Of a stretch of 64,000 bases of DNA, positions 10,822 through 20,459 are shown piece after piece. The notes below the pieces were generated by a model. It ran no database searches, was not told the origin of the DNA, and was given only the letters and a program-made list of their open reading frames with translations. The position numbers and the translations under genes were made by a program. The stretch comes from Nostoc sp. DedSLP01 (GTDB lineage: Bacteria > Cyanobacteriota > Cyanobacteriia > Cyanobacteriales > Nostocaceae): contig JAVRCJ020000020.1 of NCBI GenBank assembly GCA_034530875.2, positions 1 through 64,000 of the forward strand, in the 5' to 3' direction. The number at the start of each line of letters is the position of its first letter. The first letter of the stretch is position 1.

Positions 10822-11434
10822 GTTTAGCTTTTTGAGTAATAGCAGTCCGCATAGTTTTTGCTAGTTGTAGCAAAATAACCGTTAGACATACATCTAAAAT
10901 ACAAGATAATAGAAAATAAATTGGCACAAATCTATCTTCAGGGTTTTTAGCAGCTTGTCTCATAGCAATACGGTTAACAAAATTTGAGCCAATCATAAAA
11001 GTATACAGTGGAGCAATCAGCCCCCGCACTTTTTCACTCAAACTAGTTAAATCCCCACCTTCGCCTTTAAATCGGTCAGCAAAAGTGGATAAAGTGTTAG
11101 CTATTCCCCACAGACTGTAGATAGGAATTATAAAGCGGGCGATCGCACCTCCTGGGGTAATGGGATATTCATGAAATAGATTCTTTAAGTCTGCATGGAG
11201 GCGATGTAGCCAAATCAAAAAAACAACGCCTGAAACTAGACTGACAATGAATGCAACTATTGATACCATTCCATCTAATAAAGCGAGTAGCCGATAAAGT
11301 GGCTGTGCAACTACATCCAACAAAGAAAACACCGTAGATACCAGCCCAATTCCTAAAACTACCCAAAGCAAACGCACCAAAAGTTTACCGACACCTACTG
11401 ACTTCATGGATTCAGCATCATTCAAACTAGTCAT
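10808..11434 (-). CDS. DUF4328-like membrane protein (about 4 TM helices)
   Basis: Hydrophobic segments and a FLIWLHRLHADL...TPGGAIARFIIPIYSLW pattern recalled for DUF4328. Confidence 0.65.
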   Translation of the reverse strand: MTSLNDAESMKSVGVGKLLVRLLWVVLGIGLVSTVFSLLDVVAQPLYRLLALLDGMVSIVAFIVSLVSGVVFLIWLHRLHADLKNLFHEYPITPGGAIARFIIPIYSLWGIANTLSTFADRFKGEGGDLTSLSEKVRGLIAPLYTFMIGSNFVNRIAMRQAAKNPEDRFVPIYFLLSCILDVCLTVILLQLAKTMRTAITQKAKRAIS

Positions 11435-11531
11435 GTTATGTTTCTAATAGCATAGTCGGCTAATATCTTAGTATTGTGTTTATACTTAAAGCTCAGTAAA
11501 ATTACTAAATATCAGCCAATTCTTGAAGCTA

Positions 11532-11720
11532 CTACGGTTCAAATGTCGGCGCTGCTTCAATTTCCTCAGGTAAAGGAAAAGAATTTACGAGATTAGCGAT
11601 CGCTTTAATTCTCTCAAAATTTGCCACCACTCCATCACGATACTCATCTTTTATCTGCAAATCCAACAATAACGCCATCTGCTTAACGTACTCACTCACA
11701 TCAAACTCTTGACCTTCCAT
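11532..11720 (-). CDS. DUF4089 / AtzG-like small amidase partner
   Basis: 62 aa with YVKQMALLLDL...GVVANFERI...FPLPEEIEAAPTFEP. Same strand as atzE and upstream of it; GGAGAA RBS. Confidence 0.8.
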   Translation of the reverse strand: MEGQEFDVSEYVKQMALLLDLQIKDEYRDGVVANFERIKAIANLVNSFPLPEEIEAAPTFEP

Positions 11721-11778
11721 TTCTCCTCCTGTATGTCTGATGCAGTTTCTTCAGGGAATTTCAATAAATTACTACTAG

Positions 11779-12035
11779 TTGTGGGGTGGGCATCTTGCCA
11801 TTGGTGTCAACTTAAGCTCAAACTCTTGCTCCACAATCGTTTTACCCCACCCCCAACCCCTCCCCTTGCCAAGGGGAGGTTTTGCGTCAGCAAAGCCGGA
11901 GTGGGGTAACGCGGCTCTTGATAGAAAGTGAGTAGAACTTGCTCATTATGTTTTCATCAGGGTTTCACGTTAAGTTGACACCAATGGCATCTTGCCCGCC
12001 ATATAGACTGGGCGGGCGAGACGCCCACCCCACAA
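11779..12035. repeat. REP-like inverted-repeat element interrupted by the MITE
   Basis: Removing the MITE restores ttgtggggtgggcatcttgcccgcc, a short spacer, then ggcgggcgagacgcccaccccacaa. Confidence 0.75.
11799..11986. mobile_element. 188-bp MITE with 17-bp perfect terminal inverted repeats and target-site duplication
   Basis: TIRs are cattggtgtcaacttaa (11799-11815) and ttaagttgacaccaatg (11970-11986). The flanking direct repeat gcatcttgc lies at 11790-11798 and 11987-11995. Confidence 0.9.
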
Positions 12036-12072
12036 GAGTTAGTTGAATATTTTTTTATTTGTCAGTTTTTAA

Positions 12073-12420
12073 TTATAAATCTATAACTTCTTGTGGCAAC
12101 TCAAATAAACCATCTTCCCCAGATGTAAAATCGATCGCCTGATACACAGCATCAATATTCAATCCTCCATAAATATGAGGAAACAATTCGCCTATTTCTG
12201 CCTCTTCATCACGAATTTCAGCTTCGACTTTATCGGCATCAATAAAAAGTAAAACTAAATCTTTTTGATTATTAAAAAATCTATTTGCAACTTTAACGAT
12301 TTGTGTTGACCTAGAACAATGAATAAAACCTTCAGAATCTAGAGAATCAGCACGGTAGCTGCCTAAGTTTTTAGCTTGTTGCCATTGTTGATGTTGTGCA
12401 ATGTGGAGAATAGTATTCAT
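12073..12420 (-). CDS. DUF952 family protein
   Basis: ILHI...W...SLDSEGFIHCS...ANRFF...LFPHIYG pattern. Confidence 0.9.
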   Translation of the reverse strand: MNTILHIAQHQQWQQAKNLGSYRADSLDSEGFIHCSRSTQIVKVANRFFNNQKDLVLLFIDADKVEAEIRDEEAEIGELFPHIYGGLNIDAVYQAIDFTSGEDGLFELPQEVIDL

Positions 12421-12464
12421 TTTTCTTGTATTATTGCCTAAATATTGTATAAATTTTATTGTAT

Positions 12465-12833
12465 TTAAATAGGTTCATCTGGATAAAATTCCAAACAAAT
12501 ATTATTTGGCTTTTGACTATTAGGATATATATATACTTGAATTTGTAATTTGCCTTTCTGCCAGTTTTTACCAGTTTGAAGAAAGTCACAATTTTTGATA
12601 GCCTTTAATTGAAATTCGCTGATTGGGATGAACTCGTCACCAGTAGAAATACTGCCAAATAGACTACCAACTGAGCTATCATAAATTTGAGTTTTGTAAT
12701 CAGAAATTTTTTGACGCCATTTCTTTATAATTTCTTTGATAACTATCTCTCTTAATTGGCTTACTTTCAAAGTATTTTTATCAAAACAAACAACATCGTC
12801 TCCACACTCTAAAGCAATAAATTGATTTTTCAT
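12465..12833 (-). CDS. KGK domain protein
   Basis: C-terminal C..LQTGKNWQKGKL...LEFYPDEP, characteristic of the cyanobacterial KGK domain. Confidence 0.85.
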   Translation of the reverse strand: MKNQFIALECGDDVVCFDKNTLKVSQLREIVIKEIIKKWRQKISDYKTQIYDSSVGSLFGSISTGDEFIPISEFQLKAIKNCDFLQTGKNWQKGKLQIQVYIYPNSQKPNNICLEFYPDEPI

Positions 12834-12999
12834 ATTAATGCCTATACTCTCATATCCAAGTTAGAAATATTCAGTTTTAGTTTATATTTATACTCGTATT
12901 AAATTATAATGTAAAGCTATTTGCACCCATCCAGTAAAAATACTGAATAAAAAATTATAAAGAATATTAAGTGTTATTGATTCCAAATATGAATTTAAA

Positions 13000-13128
13000 T
13001 CACGCAGAGGCGCAGAGAGTAAGTTTTGGATCTTATATTCAGCAACGCCGAATATTAAGCGATCGCTCTACACATTATTCTTTAAAATATCACCCAAAGA
13101 CACAAAAAAACTCTGCGCCTCTGCGTGA
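13000..13128. repeat. 18-bp perfect inverted repeat element (tcacgcagaggcgcagag ... ctctgcgcctctgcgtga)
   Basis: Arms at 13000-13017 and 13111-13128. A related half-element lies near 15675-15700. Confidence 0.75.
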
Positions 13129-13133
13129 GGTAA

Positions 13134-14648
13134 CTACAAATTCGGCGGAATACAAACATCTGGCGCACACAACCCAACAAACTCCAGCGTTATCACCTCA
13201 AAACTCTGCAAATCCACACGCCGAATCACATGATTATTAGTATCACTAACATATAGATATGAACCCCAAAAACTCAATCCCGAAGGTTCAAAAAACCGAG
13301 TCTTTTTACCTTGTCCATCTTCTAAACCAGCAGTCCCATCTCCCAAAATTGTTTGACAATTACCATTAGGACTCACTAATTTTATTTTGTGATTATAACT
13401 ATCCGCCACCCAGAGAAAATTCTGAGCGTATTCCACTCCCAAACAATGCTGCAAACGCACATTTTCACCTTGTCCATCAACATCGCCAAAACCAAACAAA
13501 TCTCCGCTACCACAAACAGTTCGTACTTGGTAAGGTTCTACAATTCCAACACCGCGAATTGAACTAACTTCACTATCAGCAACATACAATTCTTGCCCAT
13601 TATGAGTAATACCACTGGGTTGAGCAAAGGCAGATTCAACCAGCGAAGCATCAATACACGCTTCTGCACCCATCCCAGCATAGGCTTTAACAACGCCTGT
13701 TTCCAAATCCATCTGCCAAATTTGATGCGACCCCGCCATTGCAACGAACAAGAAATCTCCCACTTTCACTAAATCCCAAGGAGAATTCAGCGCAGTTTCT
13801 AAAGCAGCACCGCCATGAAGTTGAATATTGCGGCTTTGTTCTCCTGTTCCGGCGATAGTTTCTACTACCTGGCGCTGCAAATCAACTCGTCGCAGTGCAT
13901 GATTTTCTGTATCAGCAACATAAAGCATTTGATTTTCTACATCAAATGTCATTCCCTGCGGTGCAAAAAATTGCGCTTCGCCAAAAGCACCATCAGTTAA
14001 ACCAGATTTTCCAGTACCAATTAAATGGAAAATTTCGCCATCAAAACTACTCATAACCAAGCGGTGATGTCCAGAGTCAGCAATAAATAAACCCGCTTGT
14101 GTAGCTAGAACTTTACCAGGAAAAGCTAAGGGTGTAATTAACGGTTGGCGCTGTTTTTCTAAAGTCAAGCTAAGTTCTTGAAAATTAATCGTACCTTTGT
14201 TGCGGTGTTGGTGAATTAACTTTTGAATCAACTCTTCTAAAACATTACGCTTTCCTTCACCAGAGACAGAACCAATTACATAACCTTCTGGGTCGATAAT
14301 CATTAAAGTCGGCCAAGCACGCACAGCATACTCTTGCCAAACTCGAAAACCGCTATCAACTATAACCGGGTGTTCGATGTCGTAACGCAAGATGGCTTGG
14401 CGGATGTTTTCGGTTTCTTTTTCATTGTCAAATTTAGCAGAATGAACGCCGATAACCGTAACGCTGTCTTTATATTTTTGTTCTAAATATTTCAGGTCTG
14501 GCAGAATATGTAGACAATTAATACAGCAGTATGTCCAAAAATCTAAAATTACGACTCTACCCTTGAGTTCTTTGAGAGATAAAGGTTTATCGGTATTTAA
14601 CCAAGAGTAATTTTGTGGTAATTCTGGCGCTCTGACACGAGGCATCAT
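13134..14648 (-). CDS. Thioredoxin-like + NHL-repeat beta-propeller protein (NHLRC2/SOQ1-like)
   Basis: DFWTYCCINC thioredoxin motif followed by repeated YVADTENH/YVADSE/WVADSYNH NHL units. Start moved to MMPRVRAP because the upstream extension is a heptamer repeat. Confidence 0.9.
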   Translation of the reverse strand: MMPRVRAPELPQNYSWLNTDKPLSLKELKGRVVILDFWTYCCINCLHILPDLKYLEQKYKDSVTVIGVHSAKFDNEKETENIRQAILRYDIEHPVIVDSGFRVWQEYAVRAWPTLMIIDPEGYVIGSVSGEGKRNVLEELIQKLIHQHRNKGTINFQELSLTLEKQRQPLITPLAFPGKVLATQAGLFIADSGHHRLVMSSFDGEIFHLIGTGKSGLTDGAFGEAQFFAPQGMTFDVENQMLYVADTENHALRRVDLQRQVVETIAGTGEQSRNIQLHGGAALETALNSPWDLVKVGDFLFVAMAGSHQIWQMDLETGVVKAYAGMGAEACIDASLVESAFAQPSGITHNGQELYVADSEVSSIRGVGIVEPYQVRTVCGSGDLFGFGDVDGQGENVRLQHCLGVEYAQNFLWVADSYNHKIKLVSPNGNCQTILGDGTAGLEDGQGKKTRFFEPSGLSFWGSYLYVSDTNNHVIRRVDLQSFEVITLEFVGLCAPDVCIPPNL

Positions 14649-14733
14649 ACTAATTCGTAATTCGTAATTCGTAATTAATAAATGCAAGCATATACTTATT
14701 GACTATACATGATTTAACGTTGCTGGCTGTGTT

Positions 14734-15648
14734 TTGAAAGAACTTGATAAACTAACTACTACAGAATTATCGGTTTGGGTAGAACAAGCCAAATCCCAAG
14801 CTGAACGCGGACAAGTTGCCAATCGCATTCCCAAATTAGCTTTAGCCAATCCCCATTGGCTTGCAGCTCACATCTGCTGTGAATCAGGAAAAACCATCAG
14901 CTTTGGAGATACGGGTTGCATGTTTCCGCTGATGAGCGTTATTAAAACATTTTCTTTGCTTTATCTGCTAGAAAATTTAGGAGCAGAAACAGTGTTTGGC
15001 TGGGTTGGCGTAGAACCATCAGATGCGCCCTTCAATTCTTTAGAACAATTAGTTAGCGATCGCGGCCGTCCCCGCAACCCGATGATTAATAGTGGGGCAA
15101 TTATCCTCGCAGACAAATTACCAGGAAAAGACGCTAGAGTTCGCACTCTTTTATTTTGTGAATGGCTCAATCAATTAGCCGATTGTCAACTATATTTAGA
15201 TGAAACGATGTTGACTTCAGTGCGATTGACACGCTCAAAAGCCAATTTAGCGATCGCCAATTATCTTGCCGAAATCGGACACCTCGAAAATCTCGCAACA
15301 GCCCTTGACACCTACGAGCAAATATGCTGTTTATCTGGGCGAGTAAAAGATTTAGCCTTATTAGGAAAACTCCTAGCTTGGGAAAATAATTTTATATCTG
15401 CACAGAACCGCCGAATTGTCAATGCTGTGATGTCAACTTGTGGACTATATCAAGCTTCAGCCGAGTTTGCAATTAAGATTGGTCTGCCCATGAAATCAGG
15501 GATTGGTGGTGGACTTTTAGCAATAGTACCAGGTAAAGGGGCGATCGCTTGTTACAGCCCCGCCTTGGATACAGTGGGAAATCCAATAGCAGGGCTGGTT
15601 TTTCTCGAAGCTTTATCCCAAAACTTAGAGTTGAGTATCTTCGCGTGA
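14734..15648 (+). CDS. glsA: Glutaminase
   Basis: MSVIK (SxxK), GVEPSDAPFNS, PRNPMINSGAI and GLPMKSGIGGG motifs. Confidence 0.9.
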   Translation: MKELDKLTTTELSVWVEQAKSQAERGQVANRIPKLALANPHWLAAHICCESGKTISFGDTGCMFPLMSVIKTFSLLYLLENLGAETVFGWVGVEPSDAPFNSLEQLVSDRGRPRNPMINSGAIILADKLPGKDARVRTLLFCEWLNQLADCQLYLDETMLTSVRLTRSKANLAIANYLAEIGHLENLATALDTYEQICCLSGRVKDLALLGKLLAWENNFISAQNRRIVNAVMSTCGLYQASAEFAIKIGLPMKSGIGGGLLAIVPGKGAIACYSPALDTVGNPIAGLVFLEALSQNLELSIFA

Positions 15649-15713
15649 ATTAAGAATTTTAGATATTCATTTTCCTTTGCGTCTTTGCGCCTTGGCGTGA
15701 AACATTTATCCCC

Positions 15714-17489
15714 TTATTCAGCAGTGCCCGACGTTGATTCAGCTGTTGGTGTTACCTCTGGCTGTGGTTCTGGCGATGGTGTAACTGTTTCTGGCGCTGG
15801 AGGCGCAATGATTTCTGGCAGAGTAGGTAGCGAACTCGGAGATGGGGCAACTATTACTTTTGGGGTGGGCGTATCCGGAGTTCGACGCTTGAAAAATCTG
15901 CCAAATCCCCCAAATCTAGATTTTGCTGGCTCAGGAGCAACTTTTTCGGGTAATGGTGTTGATTCTGGAATCGGAGTTAGTGTTGGTTGTGGTTCTGGTT
16001 GAGTTGCTGCCGATGGGTTAGCTGGCGTAACTTCTGGAGTTGGGGTTACTGTTGGCTGTGGTTCTGGTTGAGTTACTACTGGTGGAGTTACTGTTGGCTG
16101 TGGTTCTGGTGATGGTGTAACTTTTTCTGGTGCAGGAGACTCAATAATTTCTGGCAAGGTGGGTGGCGAACTCGGAGATGGCGTCACTGTTGTTTCCGGA
16201 GTAGGCGTCTTAGCTCCCCGACGGTTAAAAAATCCGCCAAATCCGCGTTTTGCTGGCTCCGGTGTAACTTTTTCGGGTAATGGCGTTGATTTGGGAGTTG
16301 GGGTTACCGTTGGCTGTGGTTCTGGTGCAGGAGACTCGATAATATTTGGAGGTGTGGGCGACAAACTAGGAGATGGCGCAGCCGTTGGAGGTTCTAATTT
16401 TGGTTCTTCTGGCTTGGTGGGCTGTGTTTTCGATTCTTCTGGAATTTGAATTTCAGGAATCGGCTGTTTTTTTTCTTTAGGTTCTACTTCAGGCGTTTTT
16501 TCAACAGTAGGTGCAGGTGTAAATTTATAAGTCGGATCTACAATGCTGCGTACCTCATCTGCTGTGAGTTCCCCTCTGGTAATCCTCGACAGAGTATCTT
16601 TACCTTTTGGCTCGTAGTTAATCAGCCTAACTGTGGTATTGAAAGTATTTTTCAGAGGATTTCCCTGATTATCGAGAAATTCTAGTTTTACCCAGTTTTT
16701 ACCGGGCTTCCAACCTTTGAGGTAAATTGACTGCCAGCGATCGAAAATAAAGCTTTCACCATTGATTGTGCAGCGGATACGCCAATCGCTAAATTCATTC
16801 TTGGCATTTTCTGACGCAGCCAGGTGCAGGGGAGCATTAGTCAGGTAAAAGTCAAGTAAGATTGGTTCTGCTCCGTAACTACTTTGAGGGCGACTGTACG
16901 TGAGCAAAGGAAGGTTAGGATCTGGGTTATTGTCGTCAGTTGTAGTGAAGACGTGAAATGTTGTCTGAGTATAAGCGCCTTCATTTTTAAAGCTTTCATG
17001 CCAAGGGCGGGAAGCAAAGACGCGCAAAGTATGAGTACCTGGGGACAAGTCTGGCAAAACTAACGGCTGATTCAGGTCGTAAACGGGTATATAAGGTTGA
17101 TTATCTAGAATTACGTGTAGATGAGGCCCTAGCTGTAACTGTGGCTCCTTAAATATTGGTAAATCCTTCACCTGAAAGCGGGCTGTGACTTTGTTATCAG
17201 AGAAAACTTCATCAAATTTGGGAGTCACAATTGTTACCTGTGGCTGATAAACTTCCAAAATTGGTCGCAGTTCTTGGATAACAGGAGGAGGAGGAACTTC
17301 CGAAAATTCCTTAGAAACTTGAGAAATTCCCCCAGCCTTTTCTTGATTACCAATAGATATCTCCTGGCTGCCAGCCTTATCGCCACAACTGCTTAAGCTA
17401 CATACCATTACGAATACTACTACCCACCTGAGAATCGGCGAACTCCAACGGAAGAGCTTCTGTAACGCGATTTTCTGCCAGAATTTCAT
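15714..17489 (-). CDS. Putative lipoprotein with His-containing beta domain and long Pro/Thr/Glu-rich repeated tail
   Basis: Hydrophobic segment and LSSC lipobox, then GPHLHVILDN and HTLRVFASRPWHES, then PEPQPTVTP repeats. Start placed at MKFWQK because the upstream extension is STRR-derived. Confidence 0.75.
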   Translation of the reverse strand: MKFWQKIALQKLFRWSSPILRWVVVFVMVCSLSSCGDKAGSQEISIGNQEKAGGISQVSKEFSEVPPPPVIQELRPILEVYQPQVTIVTPKFDEVFSDNKVTARFQVKDLPIFKEPQLQLGPHLHVILDNQPYIPVYDLNQPLVLPDLSPGTHTLRVFASRPWHESFKNEGAYTQTTFHVFTTTDDNNPDPNLPLLTYSRPQSSYGAEPILLDFYLTNAPLHLAASENAKNEFSDWRIRCTINGESFIFDRWQSIYLKGWKPGKNWVKLEFLDNQGNPLKNTFNTTVRLINYEPKGKDTLSRITRGELTADEVRSIVDPTYKFTPAPTVEKTPEVEPKEKKQPIPEIQIPEESKTQPTKPEEPKLEPPTAAPSPSLSPTPPNIIESPAPEPQPTVTPTPKSTPLPEKVTPEPAKRGFGGFFNRRGAKTPTPETTVTPSPSSPPTLPEIIESPAPEKVTPSPEPQPTVTPPVVTQPEPQPTVTPTPEVTPANPSAATQPEPQPTLTPIPESTPLPEKVAPEPAKSRFGGFGRFFKRRTPDTPTPKVIVAPSPSSLPTLPEIIAPPAPETVTPSPEPQPEVTPTAESTSGTAE

Positions 17490-17542
17490 GCCTTGCACCT
17501 CTTCGACATGTCCATAGGGAACTATAGCCCAAAAGGGGAGAC

Positions 17543-17700
17543 GGGCATAGGGCATGGGGCATGACGGCATGAGGGCAGGGGAGCAGGGGGAAGCAGGGGA
17601 AAAGGTTAAAGGGAAAAGGGAAAAGAAATAAATTTAATCTTTCCCTTTTCCCCTTATTCCTTTCCCTTTCCCCATTCCTATGCCCCATGCCCCATACCCA
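17543..17700. repeat. STRR-type heptamer arrays in inverted arrangement (GGGCAT(A/G)G; GGGAAAA/TTTTCCC)
   Basis: Tandem 7-mers with their reverse complements downstream. Confidence 0.8.
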
Positions 17701-17985
17701 AACTATATATTTTACGAATTGTTATCCTTTGTAAATTAAATGAAGAATCTATTGACTTTTGGACAATTAGTTTGAAGTTAAAAGGCATAAAACGCAGTTA
17801 TTTCGGGGATTTTGAATTATTGTTAAAATATCTCCAACAAAGTACAAGTGAAGACTTTATAATTCAACGAGAAACAACTCTCCACATGGGTCTTCACTGT
17901 GGCTTCAGCAAATCACTGGAGTGTGCGGTAAAACATTACTATGTGGTAATCATGATTCCTCATTCCTTATCAGAGAGGAGGTCGA

Positions 17986-20244
17986 ATGGCAATAAGTCCT
18001 CCGGAGCGAGAGGAAAAAAAGGCAAGAGTAATCGTCGATAATGACCCGGTTCCTACCTCATTTGAGAGATGGGCAAAGCCTGGACACTTTGACAGAACCT
18101 TAGCCAGAGGTCCAAAAACCACTACATGGATTTGGAACCTTCACGCACTCGCCCACGATTTTGATACACATACAAGCGATTTAGAAGATATCTCCCGCAA
18201 GATCTTCTCAGCACACTTCGGCCATTTAGCCGTAGTGACAATCTGGCTGAGCGGGATGATTTTCCACGGCGCGAAGTTCTCTAACTACGAAGCTTGGCTC
18301 AGCGACCCGTTAAATGTTAAGCCAAGTGCCCAAGTCGTTTGGCCCATTGTGGGACAAGACATTTTAAACGGTGATGTTGGCGGTGGTTTCCACGGTATTC
18401 AAATCACCTCTGGTTTATTCCAAATTTGGCGTGGCTGGGGTATCACAAACTCCTTCCAGCTTTATTGCACTGCGATCGGTGGCTTGGTATTAGCAGGCTT
18501 ATTCTTATTTGCCGGCTGGTTCCACTACCACAAACGCGCTCCCAAACTGGAATGGTTCCAGAATGTGGAGTCGATGCTGAATCACCACCTACAAGTATTG
18601 TTGGGTTGTGGTTCCTTGGGATGGGCAGGTCACCTAATTCACGTGTCTGCACCGACTAACAAGCTTTTGGATGCAGGGGTTGCCGTTAAAGATATACCCT
18701 TGCCCCACGAGTTCATCTTGAACAAAGACTTGTTGACGGAACTGTATCCCGGCTTTGCTGCTGGTTTAGCACCTTTCTTCACCTTGAACTGGGGTCAGTA
18801 TGCTGACTTCCTCACCTTCAAGGGCGGTCTAAACCCAGTAACAGGCGGCTTGTGGCTGACAGATATTTCCCATCACCACCTAGCGATCGCAGTCCTGTTC
18901 ATCATTGCTGGACACCAGTACCGTACCAACTGGGGTATTGGTCACAGCATTAAAGAGATCCTGGAAAACCATAAAGGTCCTTTCACTGGTGAAGGTCACA
19001 AAGGTCTCTACGAAAACCTGACCACATCTTGGCACGCTCAGCTGGCAACCAACCTTGCCTTCCTGGGTTCGTTGACCATCATCATCGCGCATCACCAATA
19101 CGCGATGCCCCCCTATCCATATTTGGCAACTGACTACGCTACTCAGCTGGCTATCTTCACACACCATACTTGGATCGGTGGCTTCTTGATTGTTGGTGGA
19201 GCAGCTCACGCTGCCATCTTCATGGTGCGCGATTACGATCCAGTTGTGAACCAAAACAACTTGCTAGATCGGGTAATTCGTCACCGGGATGCGATTATTT
19301 CTCACTTGAACTGGGTGTGTATTTTCCTTGGCTTCCACAGCTTTGGACTTTACATTCACAACGACACAATGCGTGCATTGGGTCGTCCCCAAGACATGTT
19401 CTCTGATACGGCAATTCAGTTGCAGCCAGTATTTGCTCAGTGGGTACAAAATATCCACGCTTTGGCACCTGGAGCAACTGCACCCAATGCCTTAGAACCA
19501 GTGAGCTATGTATTTGGCGGCGGTATTTTGGCTGTTGGCGGCAAGGTGGCAGCTGCGCCCATCGCTTTGGGTACAGCAGACTTCCTAATTCACCACATTC
19601 ACGCCTTCACCATTCACGTCACCGTCCTAATTCTGCTCAAAGGTGTATTATTTGCCCGTAGCTCTCGTCTGATTCCAGACAAAGCAAATCTGGGCTTCCG
19701 CTTCCCCTGCGACGGCCCTGGTCGTGGCGGTACATGTCAAGTGTCTGGTTGGGATCACGTATTCCTCGGACTATTCTGGATGTATAACTCCATATCAATT
19801 GTGATTTTCCACTTCAGCTGGAAGATGCAATCAGATGTCTGGGGAACCGTAGATCCAGATGGTACTGTGACTCACATCACTGGTGGTAACTTTGCTCAAA
19901 GCGCCATCACTATCAATGGTTGGTTGCGTGATTTCTTGTGGGCACAAGCTACACAAGTCATCAACTCCTACGGCACTCCCTTATCTGCTTACGGACTGAT
20001 GTTCTTAGGCGCTCACTTTGTTTGGGCATTCAGCTTAATGTTCCTGTTCAGTGGTCGTGGCTACTGGCAAGAATTAATTGAGTCCATCGTTTGGGCGCAT
20101 AATAAACTGAAGGTAGCACCATCAATTCAGCCTCGCGCTCTGAGCATTATTCAGGGACGTGCTGTAGGGGTAGCTCACTACCTATTAGGTGGAATTGCTA
20201 CTACTTGGGCATTCTTCCATGCACACATCCTTTCAGTAGGGTAG
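17986..20244 (+). CDS. psaA: Photosystem I P700 apoprotein A1
   Basis: MAISPPERE start, [14 protein letters not shown] motif, 752 aa, AGGAGG RBS. Confidence 0.99.
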   Translation: MAISPPEREEKKARVIVDNDPVPTSFERWAKPGHFDRTLARGPKTTTWIWNLHALAHDFDTHTSDLEDISRKIFSAHFGHLAVVTIWLSGMIFHGAKFSNYEAWLSDPLNVKPSAQVVWPIVGQDILNGDVGGGFHGIQITSGLFQIWRGWGITNSFQLYCTAIGGLVLAGLFLFAGWFHYHKRAPKLEWFQNVESMLNHHLQVLLGCGSLGWAGHLIHVSAPTNKLLDAGVAVKDIPLPHEFILNKDLLTELYPGFAAGLAPFFTLNWGQYADFLTFKGGLNPVTGGLWLTDISHHHLAIAVLFIIAGHQYRTNWGIGHSIKEILENHKGPFTGEGHKGLYENLTTSWHAQLATNLAFLGSLTIIIAHHQYAMPPYPYLATDYATQLAIFTHHTWIGGFLIVGGAAHAAIFMVRDYDPVVNQNNLLDRVIRHRDAIISHLNWVCIFLGFHSFGLYIHNDTMRALGRPQDMFSDTAIQLQPVFAQWVQNIHALAPGATAPNALEPVSYVFGGGILAVGGKVAAAPIALGTADFLIHHIHAFTIHVTVLILLKGVLFARSSRLIPDKANLGFRFPCDGPGRGGTCQVSGWDHVFLGLFWMYNSISIVIFHFSWKMQSDVWGTVDPDGTVTHITGGNFAQSAITINGWLRDFLWAQATQVINSYGTPLSAYGLMFLGAHFVWAFSLMFLFSGRGYWQELIESIVWAHNKLKVAPSIQPRALSIIQGRAVGVAHYLLGGIATTWAFFHAHILSVG

Positions 20245-20258
20245 CAATCAGCAAAATT

Positions 20259-20411
20259 TAGTTAGGAGTTAGGAGTTATGGAGTTAGAAGTTAGAAGTTA
20301 GGAGTTAGGAGTTAAAAGTTAGGAGTTTAGGAATAAATATCTAAAGCTCAGAACTGTCAACTCAAAACTGACAACTATCAACTAATAACTCATAACTCTC
20401 AACTCAGAACT
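20259..20411. repeat. Inverted heptamer (STRR) arrays GTTAGGA / (T)AACTC between psaA and psaB
   Basis: About nine degenerate GTTAG(G/A)A units followed by complementary AACT(C/G/A) units. Confidence 0.8.
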
Positions 20412-20459
20412 GCCAAAGCTGATACTTGATGGCTAAAGGTCAGAGGAATTATTAAACCT

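Noticed and set aside
15685..16449. Plus-strand Gly/Val/Ser-rich ORFs
   Set aside because: Antisense shadows of the Pro/Thr-rich repeats of the lipoprotein gene.
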